A DNA stretch of 62,465 bases from Candidatus Promineifilaceae bacterium (GTDB lineage: Bacteria; Chloroflexota; Anaerolineae; Promineifilales; Promineifilaceae), in NCBI GenBank assembly GCA_041745395.1, contig JBGTIZ010000183.1, positions 1 through 62,465 of the forward strand. Reading direction: 5' to 3'. Under the pieces are notes generated by a model. The model saw nothing but the letters and a program-made list of their open reading frames with translations. It had not been told where the DNA came from and ran no database searches. Below are positions 17,888 through 25,113 of this stretch, piece after piece. Every line of letters starts with the position of its first letter. Position 1 is the first letter of the stretch. The position numbers and the translations under genes are program-made.

Positions 17888-18208
17888 TTAGCGGCGGTCT
17901 TCTATCCGCCCAAAAGTGGTTTCGAGGGCATTCTTGACCTTGTCTGCCGCCCCATCGACGGCCTGCTCCCAAGTGGCGGCTTGTTCGCTGGCGATAGCCC
18001 GGGGCAGGCCCGCCAATGAAACTTCTAATAAGCAACGGATATCGTCATTGCCCCCTTTTTTGTTGCTGTTTTCATCGCTTAGGTGGACTTCTACCCAGGT
18101 GATTTTTTCGGTAAAGCGGTCAAGGGTTCCCCGCACGGCCGTTTCAATCTCAGCGATCATCGTGTCATTGCCTTCAATGTTTCCATCGGTGTTAACCTGA
18201 ATGTGCAT
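17888..18208 (-). CDS. hpf: Short HPF/RaiA-family ribosome-associated (hibernation) protein
   Basis: MHIQVNTDGNIEGNDTMIAEIETAVRGTLDRFTEKITWVEVHLSDENSNKKGGNDDIRCLLEVSLAG...AVDGAADKVKNALETTFGRIEDRR fits the stand-alone ~105-aa HPF/RaiA subfamily pattern (M.IQVN...RF...I..VEVHL.DEN..KGG.DD..C..E..L.G). Confidence 0.75.
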   Translation of the reverse strand: MHIQVNTDGNIEGNDTMIAEIETAVRGTLDRFTEKITWVEVHLSDENSNKKGGNDDIRCLLEVSLAGLPRAIASEQAATWEQAVDGAADKVKNALETTFGRIEDRR

Positions 18209-18370
18209 AGGGGTCTTCTCCTGTGGTAAACGTTCAGCTAGTCAGCATTTCAGCCAGCTAAACTGCGTACCAAACCTGATGTTTAAGTTCAATAACAGAC
18301 TGTTTGATGAGTTGCTTCCTGTTTTAAGCAACTTAGCCGCTCGAATATGGCTAAGTCGTGTCGAGAAAAA
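18209..18370 (-). promoter_or_regulatory. Conserved stress-gene leader/promoter module, copy 1 (upstream of hpf)
   Basis: Shares ordered blocks with 19613-19761 and 20481-20611. In mRNA sense these are TTTTCTCGACAC, TAAAACAGGAAGCAA, TCAAACA, ATCAGGTTTGGTACGCAGTTTAGC, then GCTGA pentamers every 8 nt (plus-strand TCAGC at 18234, 18242, 18250), then GAACGTTTA, the SD and ATG. Confidence 0.55.
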
Positions 18371-18442
18371 CGAGCAGAAGTGCTAATTGGCTAAGACGCC
18401 AAACGCTTGCCTTCTGTGATAATGGGTGCAAAAACTTAATAC

Positions 18443-19597
18443 TTAATAGCGGTAAATAGCCGCTACACCTGTCTGGGTCGGCATTTGTTCCGTGGAAACA
18501 ATCATCACTTCGCCGCCCATTTGGCGGGCTAACATGCCCAAGTCATTTAGCAGGTCATTTGCGGCGAGTTCGTCCAGTTCAATGTCGCCAGTGGCTGTAT
18601 CTAGTCTGCCGAGTATTTCTCGGTCGGCTTCGATGAGTAGGGTGGCGACACGTCCTGTTGCGGCCGCGACGGCCACCTCCGCCAGATTGTCTTGGCCGAG
18701 ATTTTTTGATTGCGCCTGGCCAAATGCTTCGGTCAAGGTGGCCAGTTTGGCCCGATAATGTGGCTCGACCACCTCCCATGCCCGCTGGCGTAGTTCATCG
18801 TCGGTTAGGGCATCGGGGTAAATATCAATGCCTTCAGCTATGAGGAAGGGGTTGCGGCTGACTTGCTGAAACATCTGCCGATGCTCGGGTAGGGTGGCTA
18901 AGATAAGCGGCAAGCCTGACGGCTGTGAATGGTGTTCTAAAACGTCACGGTCAACGGAGCGGAAGAACCGTTCGGCATCACTTTTTATATCCGCGTCTCG
19001 GCCACCGTGGCCGTGGTGCATGGCATTTTGTCCCCCACCCACACCCCCATATGAGGCTACAGTCAAGTGTGGTTCGGTTAGTTCACTTCCTAGAGCTTCG
19101 GTGATGGTCTCCGCTACGGCTGGGTTCAGTGCTATTTCGTCCAGCTTGTCCCGGTTGCCTTCGTAGAGCTTGATTTCGTGCCGACTGAGGCCGAGGATTT
19201 GGTAGCGGTCGCCTGATTGCAGGAGGCGTAGCAGGGGCGTGGTGTGAAATGTATCGGCCGCTACGGCCAACTCGGCCACAGGCCGTTGGAGTTTGTAAAC
19301 GCGAAATATGCCCTTGGCACTCAGTATGGCTAGCCCATCAAGCGTGTGATTCCAAAAGCTCTCGTCATCAGCCAAGTCGAGAAATGGCTCTAATAGTGGT
19401 TGAGTCTTTTCGTCTGGATAATTCTCTTCAAGAGACTCTTCAAGGAGTTTGACCAGATTGCCAAAACGGATCGGGTCTTGTTGGTTTTCGGGGTGGCGCC
19501 GATGCGTGGGCTGGTAGAGTGTGAGGCAGGGCGGTTCGTAGCGGCCTAACATAGCTAAGATCCCAGCGGGGGTGGTATGTTCAAGTGTGTGTATCAT
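18443..19597 (-). CDS. Bacterial archaeo-eukaryotic release-factor-like (baeRF) family protein
   Basis: The N-terminal signature LAMLGRYEPPCLTLYQPTHRRHPENQQDPIRFGNLVKLLEESL matches my recollection of baeRF proteins (..P.VS.Y.PTHR...E..Q..IR.KNLL). The exact subfamily is unverified. Start is placed at ATG 19597, preceded by AAGGAG; the track's 19612 ATG would sit inside that SD. Confidence 0.55.
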   Translation of the reverse strand: MIHTLEHTTPAGILAMLGRYEPPCLTLYQPTHRRHPENQQDPIRFGNLVKLLEESLEENYPDEKTQPLLEPFLDLADDESFWNHTLDGLAILSAKGIFRVYKLQRPVAELAVAADTFHTTPLLRLLQSGDRYQILGLSRHEIKLYEGNRDKLDEIALNPAVAETITEALGSELTEPHLTVASYGGVGGGQNAMHHGHGGRDADIKSDAERFFRSVDRDVLEHHSQPSGLPLILATLPEHRQMFQQVSRNPFLIAEGIDIYPDALTDDELRQRAWEVVEPHYRAKLATLTEAFGQAQSKNLGQDNLAEVAVAAATGRVATLLIEADREILGRLDTATGDIELDELAANDLLNDLGMLARQMGGEVMIVSTEQMPTQTGVAAIYRY

Positions 19598-19612
19598 GTC
19601 TTCTCCTTTCAT

Positions 19613-19761
19613 AAGCGTTCAGCTAGTCAGCATTTCAGCCAGTCAGCTAGCTAAACTGCGTACTAAACTTGATTTTTTGGCTTATTACGGATTGTTTGAC
19701 AATTTGCTTCCTGTTTTAGGCGACGCAGTCAGCCGTATATGACCAAATTGTGTCGAGAAAA
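19613..19761 (-). promoter_or_regulatory. Conserved stress-gene leader/promoter module, copy 2 (upstream of the baeRF-like gene)
   Basis: Same block order as copy 1. Four perfect plus-strand TCAGC pentamers at 19619, 19627, 19635 and 19643 (exact 8-nt period). CTAAACTGCGTACTAAACTTGAT and GTGTCGAGAAAA are conserved. Confidence 0.55.
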
Positions 19762-19865
19762 GGAAGCTGAGATGCTAAACGACTACATCCTTTCTATCTA
19801 TGATGTAGTAGTGAACCTAAATGAGTTGAGCCGCAGGAGGTTTCTCCTTGTGGATGTATGCTAAA

Positions 19866-20480
19866 TTATCCGCCAAGTGTTTGATCCTGCGTTTTGAACC
19901 AAGCGAGCGCTTGGTCAAAATGTTGTGGCTCAAAATCTGGCCAATATTTATCGACGATATAAAAATCCGCATAAACTGATTGCACGGGGAGAAAACCGCT
20001 CAAACGGCATGCGCCGCCCCACCGTACAATCAAATCTAGGCGCGAAACTTCATCTGAATACAGGCGGCCGTTTTTAAGACCATCCAGATCCCATTTCCAG
20101 CCATAGTTGACAAGTAGATTTACCTTCATCCCCTCGCCCCGGCGCTGGCGGAATTCTTTCAACGCCGTGGGGAATTGCAGCGACGTTTCATCGCCGACAA
20201 CCAGCAAAGCCGCCCCACGACGTATAATCTCGAGGGCAAAGGCCACGGTGGCCTCAATGAAGGCCTGTTTCTGGACTGAAGGCCGCTTGGTGTTATCTTG
20301 TGTGAAGCAAAAAATGGAAACTTCTTCAATCCCGTATTCTTTGCACTTCTCATAAAGTAGGAATCCAGGGTCGATGCCGTGAGCATAGCCAGATTCTTTG
20401 GACAGACCATGACCCACAGCCCAGCGGCGATTTCCATCGGGAATGAAACCCACGTGACTTGGGAATTTGTTATGTGTCAT
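19866..20480 (-). CDS. Short, divergent cis-prenyltransferase (UppS family)
   Basis: HVGFIPDGNRRWA (substrate-binding motif), SIFCFTQDN, and RWGGACRLSGFLPVQSVYADFYIVDKYWPDF (compare the canonical R.SNFLLWQ.AY.E..F...LWPDF). It is only 204 aa against about 250 for housekeeping UppS. Confidence 0.75.
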   Translation of the reverse strand: MTHNKFPSHVGFIPDGNRRWAVGHGLSKESGYAHGIDPGFLLYEKCKEYGIEEVSIFCFTQDNTKRPSVQKQAFIEATVAFALEIIRRGAALLVVGDETSLQFPTALKEFRQRRGEGMKVNLLVNYGWKWDLDGLKNGRLYSDEVSRLDLIVRWGGACRLSGFLPVQSVYADFYIVDKYWPDFEPQHFDQALAWFKTQDQTLGG

Positions 20481-20611
20481 TGCAAGCCTCTGATTTTTAG
20501 GTTTTTAGATAGAAAAAGATAAGCGTTCGGTTACTCCGCATTTCAGCCAGTCAGCTCGCTAAACTGCGTACCAAACTTGATTTTTTCGACTCAGGAACAG
20601 TTTGTTTGAGG
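20481..20611 (-). promoter_or_regulatory. Conserved stress-gene leader module, copy 3 (upstream of the uppS-like gene; shorter and more degenerate)
   Basis: CTAAACTGCGTACCAAACTTGAT is conserved. TCAGC occurs at 20543 and 20551, with two decayed units in register at 20527 and 20535. Confidence 0.45.
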
Positions 20612-20754
20612 ATTGGCTGTCCTGATCTACCTATTACCCACATCTTTTTCTCTCTGGAAAAATAGCCCTCACCCCGAGGGAGAGGGCTAGGGGTGAGGGC
20701 TTCATGCACCACAAAGGCAAACCTGTGGGTAATTCATAAAACATAGCTGTGCAG

Positions 20755-21420
20755 TTAGGTTCGGGGGCGTTGTTGTATGCTTTGCGCTGTACCACGGCCG
20801 TGAAACAAAAAGGTGAGTGCCAAGCCCGCCACAAAGCCACCGATATGAGCCATGTAGGCCACGCCGCCTGTATCGGCCGTATCCGCCATTGAGCCAAGGC
20901 CGCTAAAAAATTGGAGTACGAACCAGAGGCCAATGACCATGAGGGCGGGTACGTGCATGACCCGTCGCCCTTGCAACACGCGCACATTTTGCTTGGGGAA
21001 TAATAAAATGTAGCCGCCTAACACCCCTGCCACCGCACCCGATGCGCCCAAATTGGGGATGCTTGAGTCGGGGTTAAAGGCCAATTGGGCAAAGGTGGCG
21101 ACCACGCCGCAGACTAGATAGAAAATGAGAAACGGAATATGGCCAAAACGGTCTTCGACGTTGTCGCCAAAAATCCACAAGTAGAGCATGTTGCCGCCCA
21201 AGTGAAGCCAACCCGCGTGCATGAACATGGCCGTGAAGAGGGTTAGGGAATCGGCGATGGGGCTGGCCAAAAAACGGCTGGGTACGAAGGCCCATTTTTC
21301 GATAAACGCATTACCGCCGTTCATTTGGACGAAGAAAAAGAGGACATTTAGCGCAATCAGCGCATATGTCACGAAGGGCACGATACGACGGGTACTGTTG
21401 TCGTCACCAACGGGGAACAT
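20755..21420 (-). CDS. Rhomboid-family intramembrane serine protease
   Basis: HAGWLHLGGNMLYLWIFGDNVEDRFGH, the catalytic GASGAVAGVLGGY, and AHIGGFVAGLAL (the catalytic His helix). Confidence 0.85.
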   Translation of the reverse strand: MFPVGDDNSTRRIVPFVTYALIALNVLFFFVQMNGGNAFIEKWAFVPSRFLASPIADSLTLFTAMFMHAGWLHLGGNMLYLWIFGDNVEDRFGHIPFLIFYLVCGVVATFAQLAFNPDSSIPNLGASGAVAGVLGGYILLFPKQNVRVLQGRRVMHVPALMVIGLWFVLQFFSGLGSMADTADTGGVAYMAHIGGFVAGLALTFLFHGRGTAQSIQQRPRT

Positions 21421-21525
21421 GGACGTTCTCTCCTCTTCTTGTCAGATACGAATTTCACGAATGACACGCATTTTTGCCTATCAAATTGGTAAATTTTGTG
21501 TCTTTCGTCTCTACCTTTAATGCGT

Positions 21526-21813
21526 TTAGGCTGTTGCTTTTGCGCCTACCTGGAGTTCTTCTTTCGCTTCCCGCTCCATTTTGTCTAAACGGGTGTAGTA
21601 ATCGGGAAATTCATTGAGGTGGGCGAGAGCGATTTTGCCTGTCAGCAAGGGGTCGTTGTGGGTTACGTCGGTGGTAGGATCGCCACGGCCGTGTTCCAAC
21701 TCTACTTTTAAGCCCATGTGGAATTGCGTTACATCAAAGCGACTCCAATCAATGCCCAACTCGTCGCCAATGGCGCGGGCTTCATCGGCTGTAAAATAAG
21801 GTTTCGTTGACAT
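21526..21813 (-). CDS. DUF5661-like small protein
   Basis: GLKVELEHGRGDPTTDVTHNDPLLTGKIALAHLNEFPDYYTRLDKME resembles the DUF5661 core as I remember it. The family assignment is unverified. Confidence 0.5.
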   Translation of the reverse strand: MSTKPYFTADEARAIGDELGIDWSRFDVTQFHMGLKVELEHGRGDPTTDVTHNDPLLTGKIALAHLNEFPDYYTRLDKMEREAKEELQVGAKATA

Positions 21814-21871
21814 GTAAACCTCCTTGGTAATCAGTTGAGAGTTAAAAATTTAATTCGGTAATAAATACAGC

Positions 21872-21950
21872 GAGAAGTAAGAAGTAAAAAGTTGAGACTG
21901 TCTGGCAGTTAGCTCTTGAGCAGAACTCAAGACACTTCTCAACTTTTTAC
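21872..21950. repeat. Heptamer-array hairpin (RARAAGT family), probable terminator of the lmo0937-like gene
   Basis: GAGAAGT AAGAAGT AAAAAGT (21872-21892). The arm GTAAAAAGTTGAGA (21884-21897) pairs with TCTCAACTTTTTAC (21937-21950). An inner hairpin TCTTGAG/CTCAAGA is also present. Confidence 0.6.
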
Positions 21951-22003
21951 ATTTCACTCTGTTACCGAACTAATTTTTTAAAGTCCAAGTTATTGCCAAC
22001 CGC

Positions 22004-22162
22004 TTAGACTATGCCTAAGAGTTGCAACAGAACGAGGATAACCACAATGACGAGAATAATGTGAATCCAATTACCCGTGCGCGGGAAACTGGGGCTGATG
22101 TTGCCACCCAAAAAGCCGAGTAGCCACAGAATGATTAGAATAACGACGATTGTCCACAACAT
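22004..22162 (-). CDS. lmo0937-family small stress membrane protein (52 aa; below the ORF-track size cut-off)
   Basis: Manual translation gives MLWTIVVILIILWLLGFLGGNISPSFPRTGNWIHIILVIVVILVLLQLLGIV-stop. AAGGAAAAC lies upstream of the ATG. A near-identical paralogue is at 24955..25113. Confidence 0.7.
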   Translation of the reverse strand: MLWTIVVILIILWLLGFLGGNISPSFPRTGNWIHIILVIVVILVLLQLLGIV

Positions 22163-22224
22163 AATGTTTTCCTTGGGCGGTAGCCCTAAATTTTCGTTGC
22201 CAAGACCATAATTTATGTAGCTGT

Positions 22225-22253
22225 TCAGTATTTCAGCCAGTCAGCATTTCAGC
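22225..22253. repeat. 8-nt-period pentamer array (TCAGt, TCAGC, TCAGC, TCAGC) upstream of the lmo0937-like gene
   Basis: Units start at 22225, 22233, 22241 and 22249. A two-unit array in the opposite orientation (GCTGA at 22354 and 22362) lies 100 nt away and could pair with it. Confidence 0.7.
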
Positions 22254-22392
22254 TTCATTTTCATATAGCAAAGGTGGCCACATTTGCGTGACCAAACGGC
22301 GGGCAAAGCGGTTGTTAACCTAAAACAAGCGCGGTTAGCACGAAGTTTAGGTGGCTGACTCGCTGAACGCTTACAGATTTACTTCCGAGAGG

Positions 22393-22899
22393 CTAGGCAG
22401 TGGCCTTTTCATTCAAGCCTTCCGTCAACAAGCTACCCATCGCCAAATCATCCAGCTTCTGGTCGCTGTCGTATTCTTCGTCTAAGATACCTTGCAACTG
22501 GTCAGCCTCATCAGCAAAGCCCAAGGCTTTGGCATAAGTACGCAAACCCCCATAAGTGGCAATCTCATAGTGCTCCACTTTTTGAGCCGCTAAAATAAGT
22601 GCCGCATCTTTTGCTTGCGGATGGCCTTTCACATTGACAATTTCCAATGCTTCGTCTACCAGCCCTTCCATTGCTTTGCATTTTTTGGAGCCGGGGTTTT
22701 TGTCTAGCCCCTTCAGGATAGCTTGAACGGTGGTCATGTGATTTTCTGTCTGGTGCGAATGGTTTTGAAAGGCCTTCTTCAAATCAGCACTGGCGGCGGC
22801 TTCGGCCATTTTAGGCAAGATTTCCAGCAACTGTTTTTCAGCACTGTAGATATCTTTTAATTGGTCAACGTAGAAATTTTGAAGGGATTGGATAGTCAT
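22393..22899 (-). CDS. Ferritin-like YciE/YciF (DUF892) stress protein
   Basis: LQNFYVDQLKDIYSAEKQLLEILPKMAEAA...LKKAFQNHSHQTENH...AAQKVEHYEIATYGGLRTYA is the classic DUF892 pattern. Confidence 0.9.
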   Translation of the reverse strand: MTIQSLQNFYVDQLKDIYSAEKQLLEILPKMAEAAASADLKKAFQNHSHQTENHMTTVQAILKGLDKNPGSKKCKAMEGLVDEALEIVNVKGHPQAKDAALILAAQKVEHYEIATYGGLRTYAKALGFADEADQLQGILDEEYDSDQKLDDLAMGSLLTEGLNEKATA

Positions 22900-22979
22900 T
22901 TGATTATCTCCTTGGTGTAATGAGCAAGTTTTACTGCTTGCTCGGGAAATTTGTTTTTATAGGAAAGAGCGACTGTGGC

Positions 22980-23405
22980 TTAAATTGTTTCTAAAGCCAG
23001 CCTGACCATACTAGAAAGAAGATCTATCTGGTATGGCTTGTGTAGCAGGGGAGGCAATGGGTGTGGTGCGAACCGACGAACCACTTCCGCGTGGCTCAGG
23101 CCAGTAGAGATAATGACCTTGACCTCAGGGGCAATTTTTTGCAATTTGGCGTAGGTTTGTTCGCCGTTCATCAGGGGCATGTTTATGTCCAACATAACAA
23201 GACGAATGTGTTGTCGTTGTTCTTGGACAATGGCAAGACCTTCATGCCCATTGGTAGCCGTAAAAATCGACCCGTTCACCAGCCAACCGAGAATTTCGGT
23301 CAAGGCTTCGCGAATGCCAATGTCATCGTCAATAACCAAAATGGAATCCACCAGCGCACAGGTCTTTAAATCGGCCAAGGTGTCGAAGGTACACATGCTT
23401 TTCAT
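22980..23405 (-). CDS. Stand-alone response-regulator receiver (CheY-like) protein
   Basis: ILVIDDD...LVMLDINMPLMNG...VKVIISTG supplies the acidic pocket, the phospho-acceptor Asp and the T/K positions. There is no output domain. Confidence 0.85.
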   Translation of the reverse strand: MKSMCTFDTLADLKTCALVDSILVIDDDIGIREALTEILGWLVNGSIFTATNGHEGLAIVQEQRQHIRLVMLDINMPLMNGEQTYAKLQKIAPEVKVIISTGLSHAEVVRRFAPHPLPPLLHKPYQIDLLSSMVRLALETI

Positions 23406-23423
23406 TCTGTTCCTACATCATCG

Positions 23424-23831
23424 TTATAGATGTTGCGGGCTTGGTACAGGGATACTGGAATTATTAACGGCTGTTTTGCCCGCGTCTAACACAGGCGTCC
23501 AACGCTCTTTTTGTTGTTCAACCGCTTCGTGGCCACGTTGCTGGAGGTCATCGACCTGCTTATACAACTTAGCCGACACCTCGTTGGCTTTGGTCTGAGC
23601 TTTATCAACGCCACTTTCAATCGTGTGGACCGCTTGCTGGCTCATTTCCTTGCTCTTCTGCTCGATTTTTGACCGCGTCTTTTTGCCCGATTGGGGAGCC
23701 ATCAACAGCATGGCCAATGCCCCTGCCAGTGCGCCCACGAATGTGCCCACCAACACCGTACCAAAGCTTAATCTCTGTACTTGTTCTTGCTGTTTCTGTT
23801 TAGTCATTTTCCTTTTTCCCTTGTTGTCCAT
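23424..23831 (-). CDS. YtxH-domain general stress protein
   Basis: VGTFVGALAGALAMLLMAPQSGKKTRSKIEQKSKE is followed by a long helical region. The start is ambiguous: TTG 23864 in the track, ATG 23831, or ATG 23807 preceded by AAGGGAAAAAGGAAA. Confidence 0.7.
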   Translation of the reverse strand: MDNKGKRKMTKQKQQEQVQRLSFGTVLVGTFVGALAGALAMLLMAPQSGKKTRSKIEQKSKEMSQQAVHTIESGVDKAQTKANEVSAKLYKQVDDLQQRGHEAVEQQKERWTPVLDAGKTAVNNSSIPVPSPQHL

Positions 23832-23915
23832 GTTGCCATTGCCCCCCCTAAAAAAACCTGCCAAGCTTAGAAGCCCACGCTAGTTAGATTAGAGGGGGTA
23901 TGGGTTCAACCCTTT

Positions 23916-24188
23916 CTAGCGGGAGCGTACGCCGCCGCGAACGAGGTTAACTATGCCTAATAGAATGATGGCCCCCATGAAGGACACCAAAAGGCCGGGC
24001 AAGCTAAAGTCGTTCTGGTTGATGGTGCCAATGCCAAGCAGGGGGGTTATAAACATCCCTGCCACAAACGCACCGACAATACCCACAACGATGTTGAGGA
24101 TTAAGCCTTGTTGGCCGTCTGTCTTCATAACTAGGCTGGCCAGCCAGCCTATAATTCCACCTACGATAAGCCATATAATAAAGTTCAT
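23916..24188 (-). CDS. GlsB/YeaQ/YmgE-family stress membrane protein
   Basis: MNFIIWLIVGGIIGWLASLVMKTDGQQGLILNIVVGIVGAFVAGMFITPLLG. Confidence 0.9.
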   Translation of the reverse strand: MNFIIWLIVGGIIGWLASLVMKTDGQQGLILNIVVGIVGAFVAGMFITPLLGIGTINQNDFSLPGLLVSFMGAIILLGIVNLVRGGVRSR

Positions 24189-24276
24189 TTTGTACTCTCC
24201 TTGGTTTGGTAGTGTATGGAAGACACGGCCGTGGCCATGCCCTCAAAAATTGAAGTTTGTCAGTTTGGATACAGCA

Positions 24277-24483
24277 TTAATCAAGTTTGGCCGCTTCTAA
24301 ACGCCTGCTGAATTCCTTTTGGGTATACAGCCGGCTGGTGCCGTACCGCCTTTGGAGCAATGGGACTATTTCTGCGGCCGTGCCTTGCACTTGGTCTAAA
24401 TCTTCTTCGGTGAGTTCATCCCACCACTCTCTGATTTGATCCCGCATTTCAGGCCAAGTGCGCTCAAAAGTATCTTGATTCAT
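24277..24483 (-). CDS. CsbD-like general stress protein
   Basis: 68 aa. W.EMRDQIREWWDELTEEDLDQVQGTAAEIVPLLQRRYG follows the CsbD pattern (K..WGKLTDDDL..I.G....L.G.LQ..YG). Confidence 0.65.
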   Translation of the reverse strand: MNQDTFERTWPEMRDQIREWWDELTEEDLDQVQGTAAEIVPLLQRRYGTSRLYTQKEFSRRLEAAKLD

Positions 24484-24785
24484 GCTGTATTCTCCTGATG
24501 AAAATTGGTAAAAAACTCATTCACTAGTACTGGACTTGTCAACCTTGGCTGTTTTCAGCCGTTCGCTATATTCCTCACCCCGACGGTCGTACTCTGTCTA
24601 GGCGCGTAAATATCATGTGAATATCATACTATTTTGGTACTGAGGTAACATCAGTCGTTCAGGGGGTATACTCCTCCCCCACTTGGGGGATATTTAACGG
24701 ATAAACTCGAGGTGACGGCTACGTGCCTGACGCAGTTTTTTCCATCAGCGTGAGTGCGCGGTAGGTGTTTGGAGGTAAACAAAAA

Positions 24786-24819
24786 GGGTGTCTACCTGGT
24801 TAGGTAGACACCCTTTTTT
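24786..24819. terminator. Bidirectional rho-independent terminator
   Basis: GGGTGTCTACC (24786-24796), loop TGGTTA, GGTAGACACCC (24803-24813). AAAAA lies on the left and TTTTTT (24814-24819) on the right. The architecture and first 12 nt match the hairpin at 2188-2215. Confidence 0.7.
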
Positions 24820-24954
24820 GCTTTGTATAGTGGCCGTGCTTTAACTTCTTTGTTTTTCAGTAACTACTAAGAAGGCTATCGAGGGCTAAGCTTGTTGGTT
24901 AGCCGTTATGTTTGTAACCACGGCCGTGTTCATCCTACACCGCCATGCTCCCGC

Positions 24955-25113
24955 TTAAATGATGCCTAGCAGTTGCAACACAACGAGAATGAGAATAATG
25001 ACCAGCAGGGTGTGAATCCAATTGCCTGTACGTGGAAAGCTAGGGCTGATGTTCGGCCCTAGAAAACCGAGTAACCAGAGCACCAACAAAATGACAACGA
25101 GTGTCCATAACAT
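24955..25113 (-). CDS. lmo0937-family small stress membrane protein, second copy (52 aa; not in the ORF track)
   Basis: MLWTLVVILLVLWLLGFLGPNISPSFPRTGNWIHTLLVIILILVVLQLLGII-stop. SD AAGGAGAAAGACC-ATG. Confidence 0.7.
   Translation of the reverse strand: MLWTLVVILLVLWLLGFLGPNISPSFPRTGNWIHTLLVIILILVVLQLLGII

Noticed and set aside
20634-20987. 117-aa minus-strand ORF overlapping the rhomboid 3-prime end.
   Set aside because: It is out of frame with the rhomboid gene, which carries the catalytic motifs. It is Cys/Trp/Ala-rich shadow sequence.
20755-21420. The rhomboid protease as the processing enzyme (rhombosortase analogue) for the YLPIVVRP-type tails.
   Set aside because: Rhombosortase substrates have a GlyGly motif plus a TM helix, and these tails have neither. 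The gene sits in the stress island, 8-40 kb from the tail-bearing genes. There is no evidence of linkage from this window alone.
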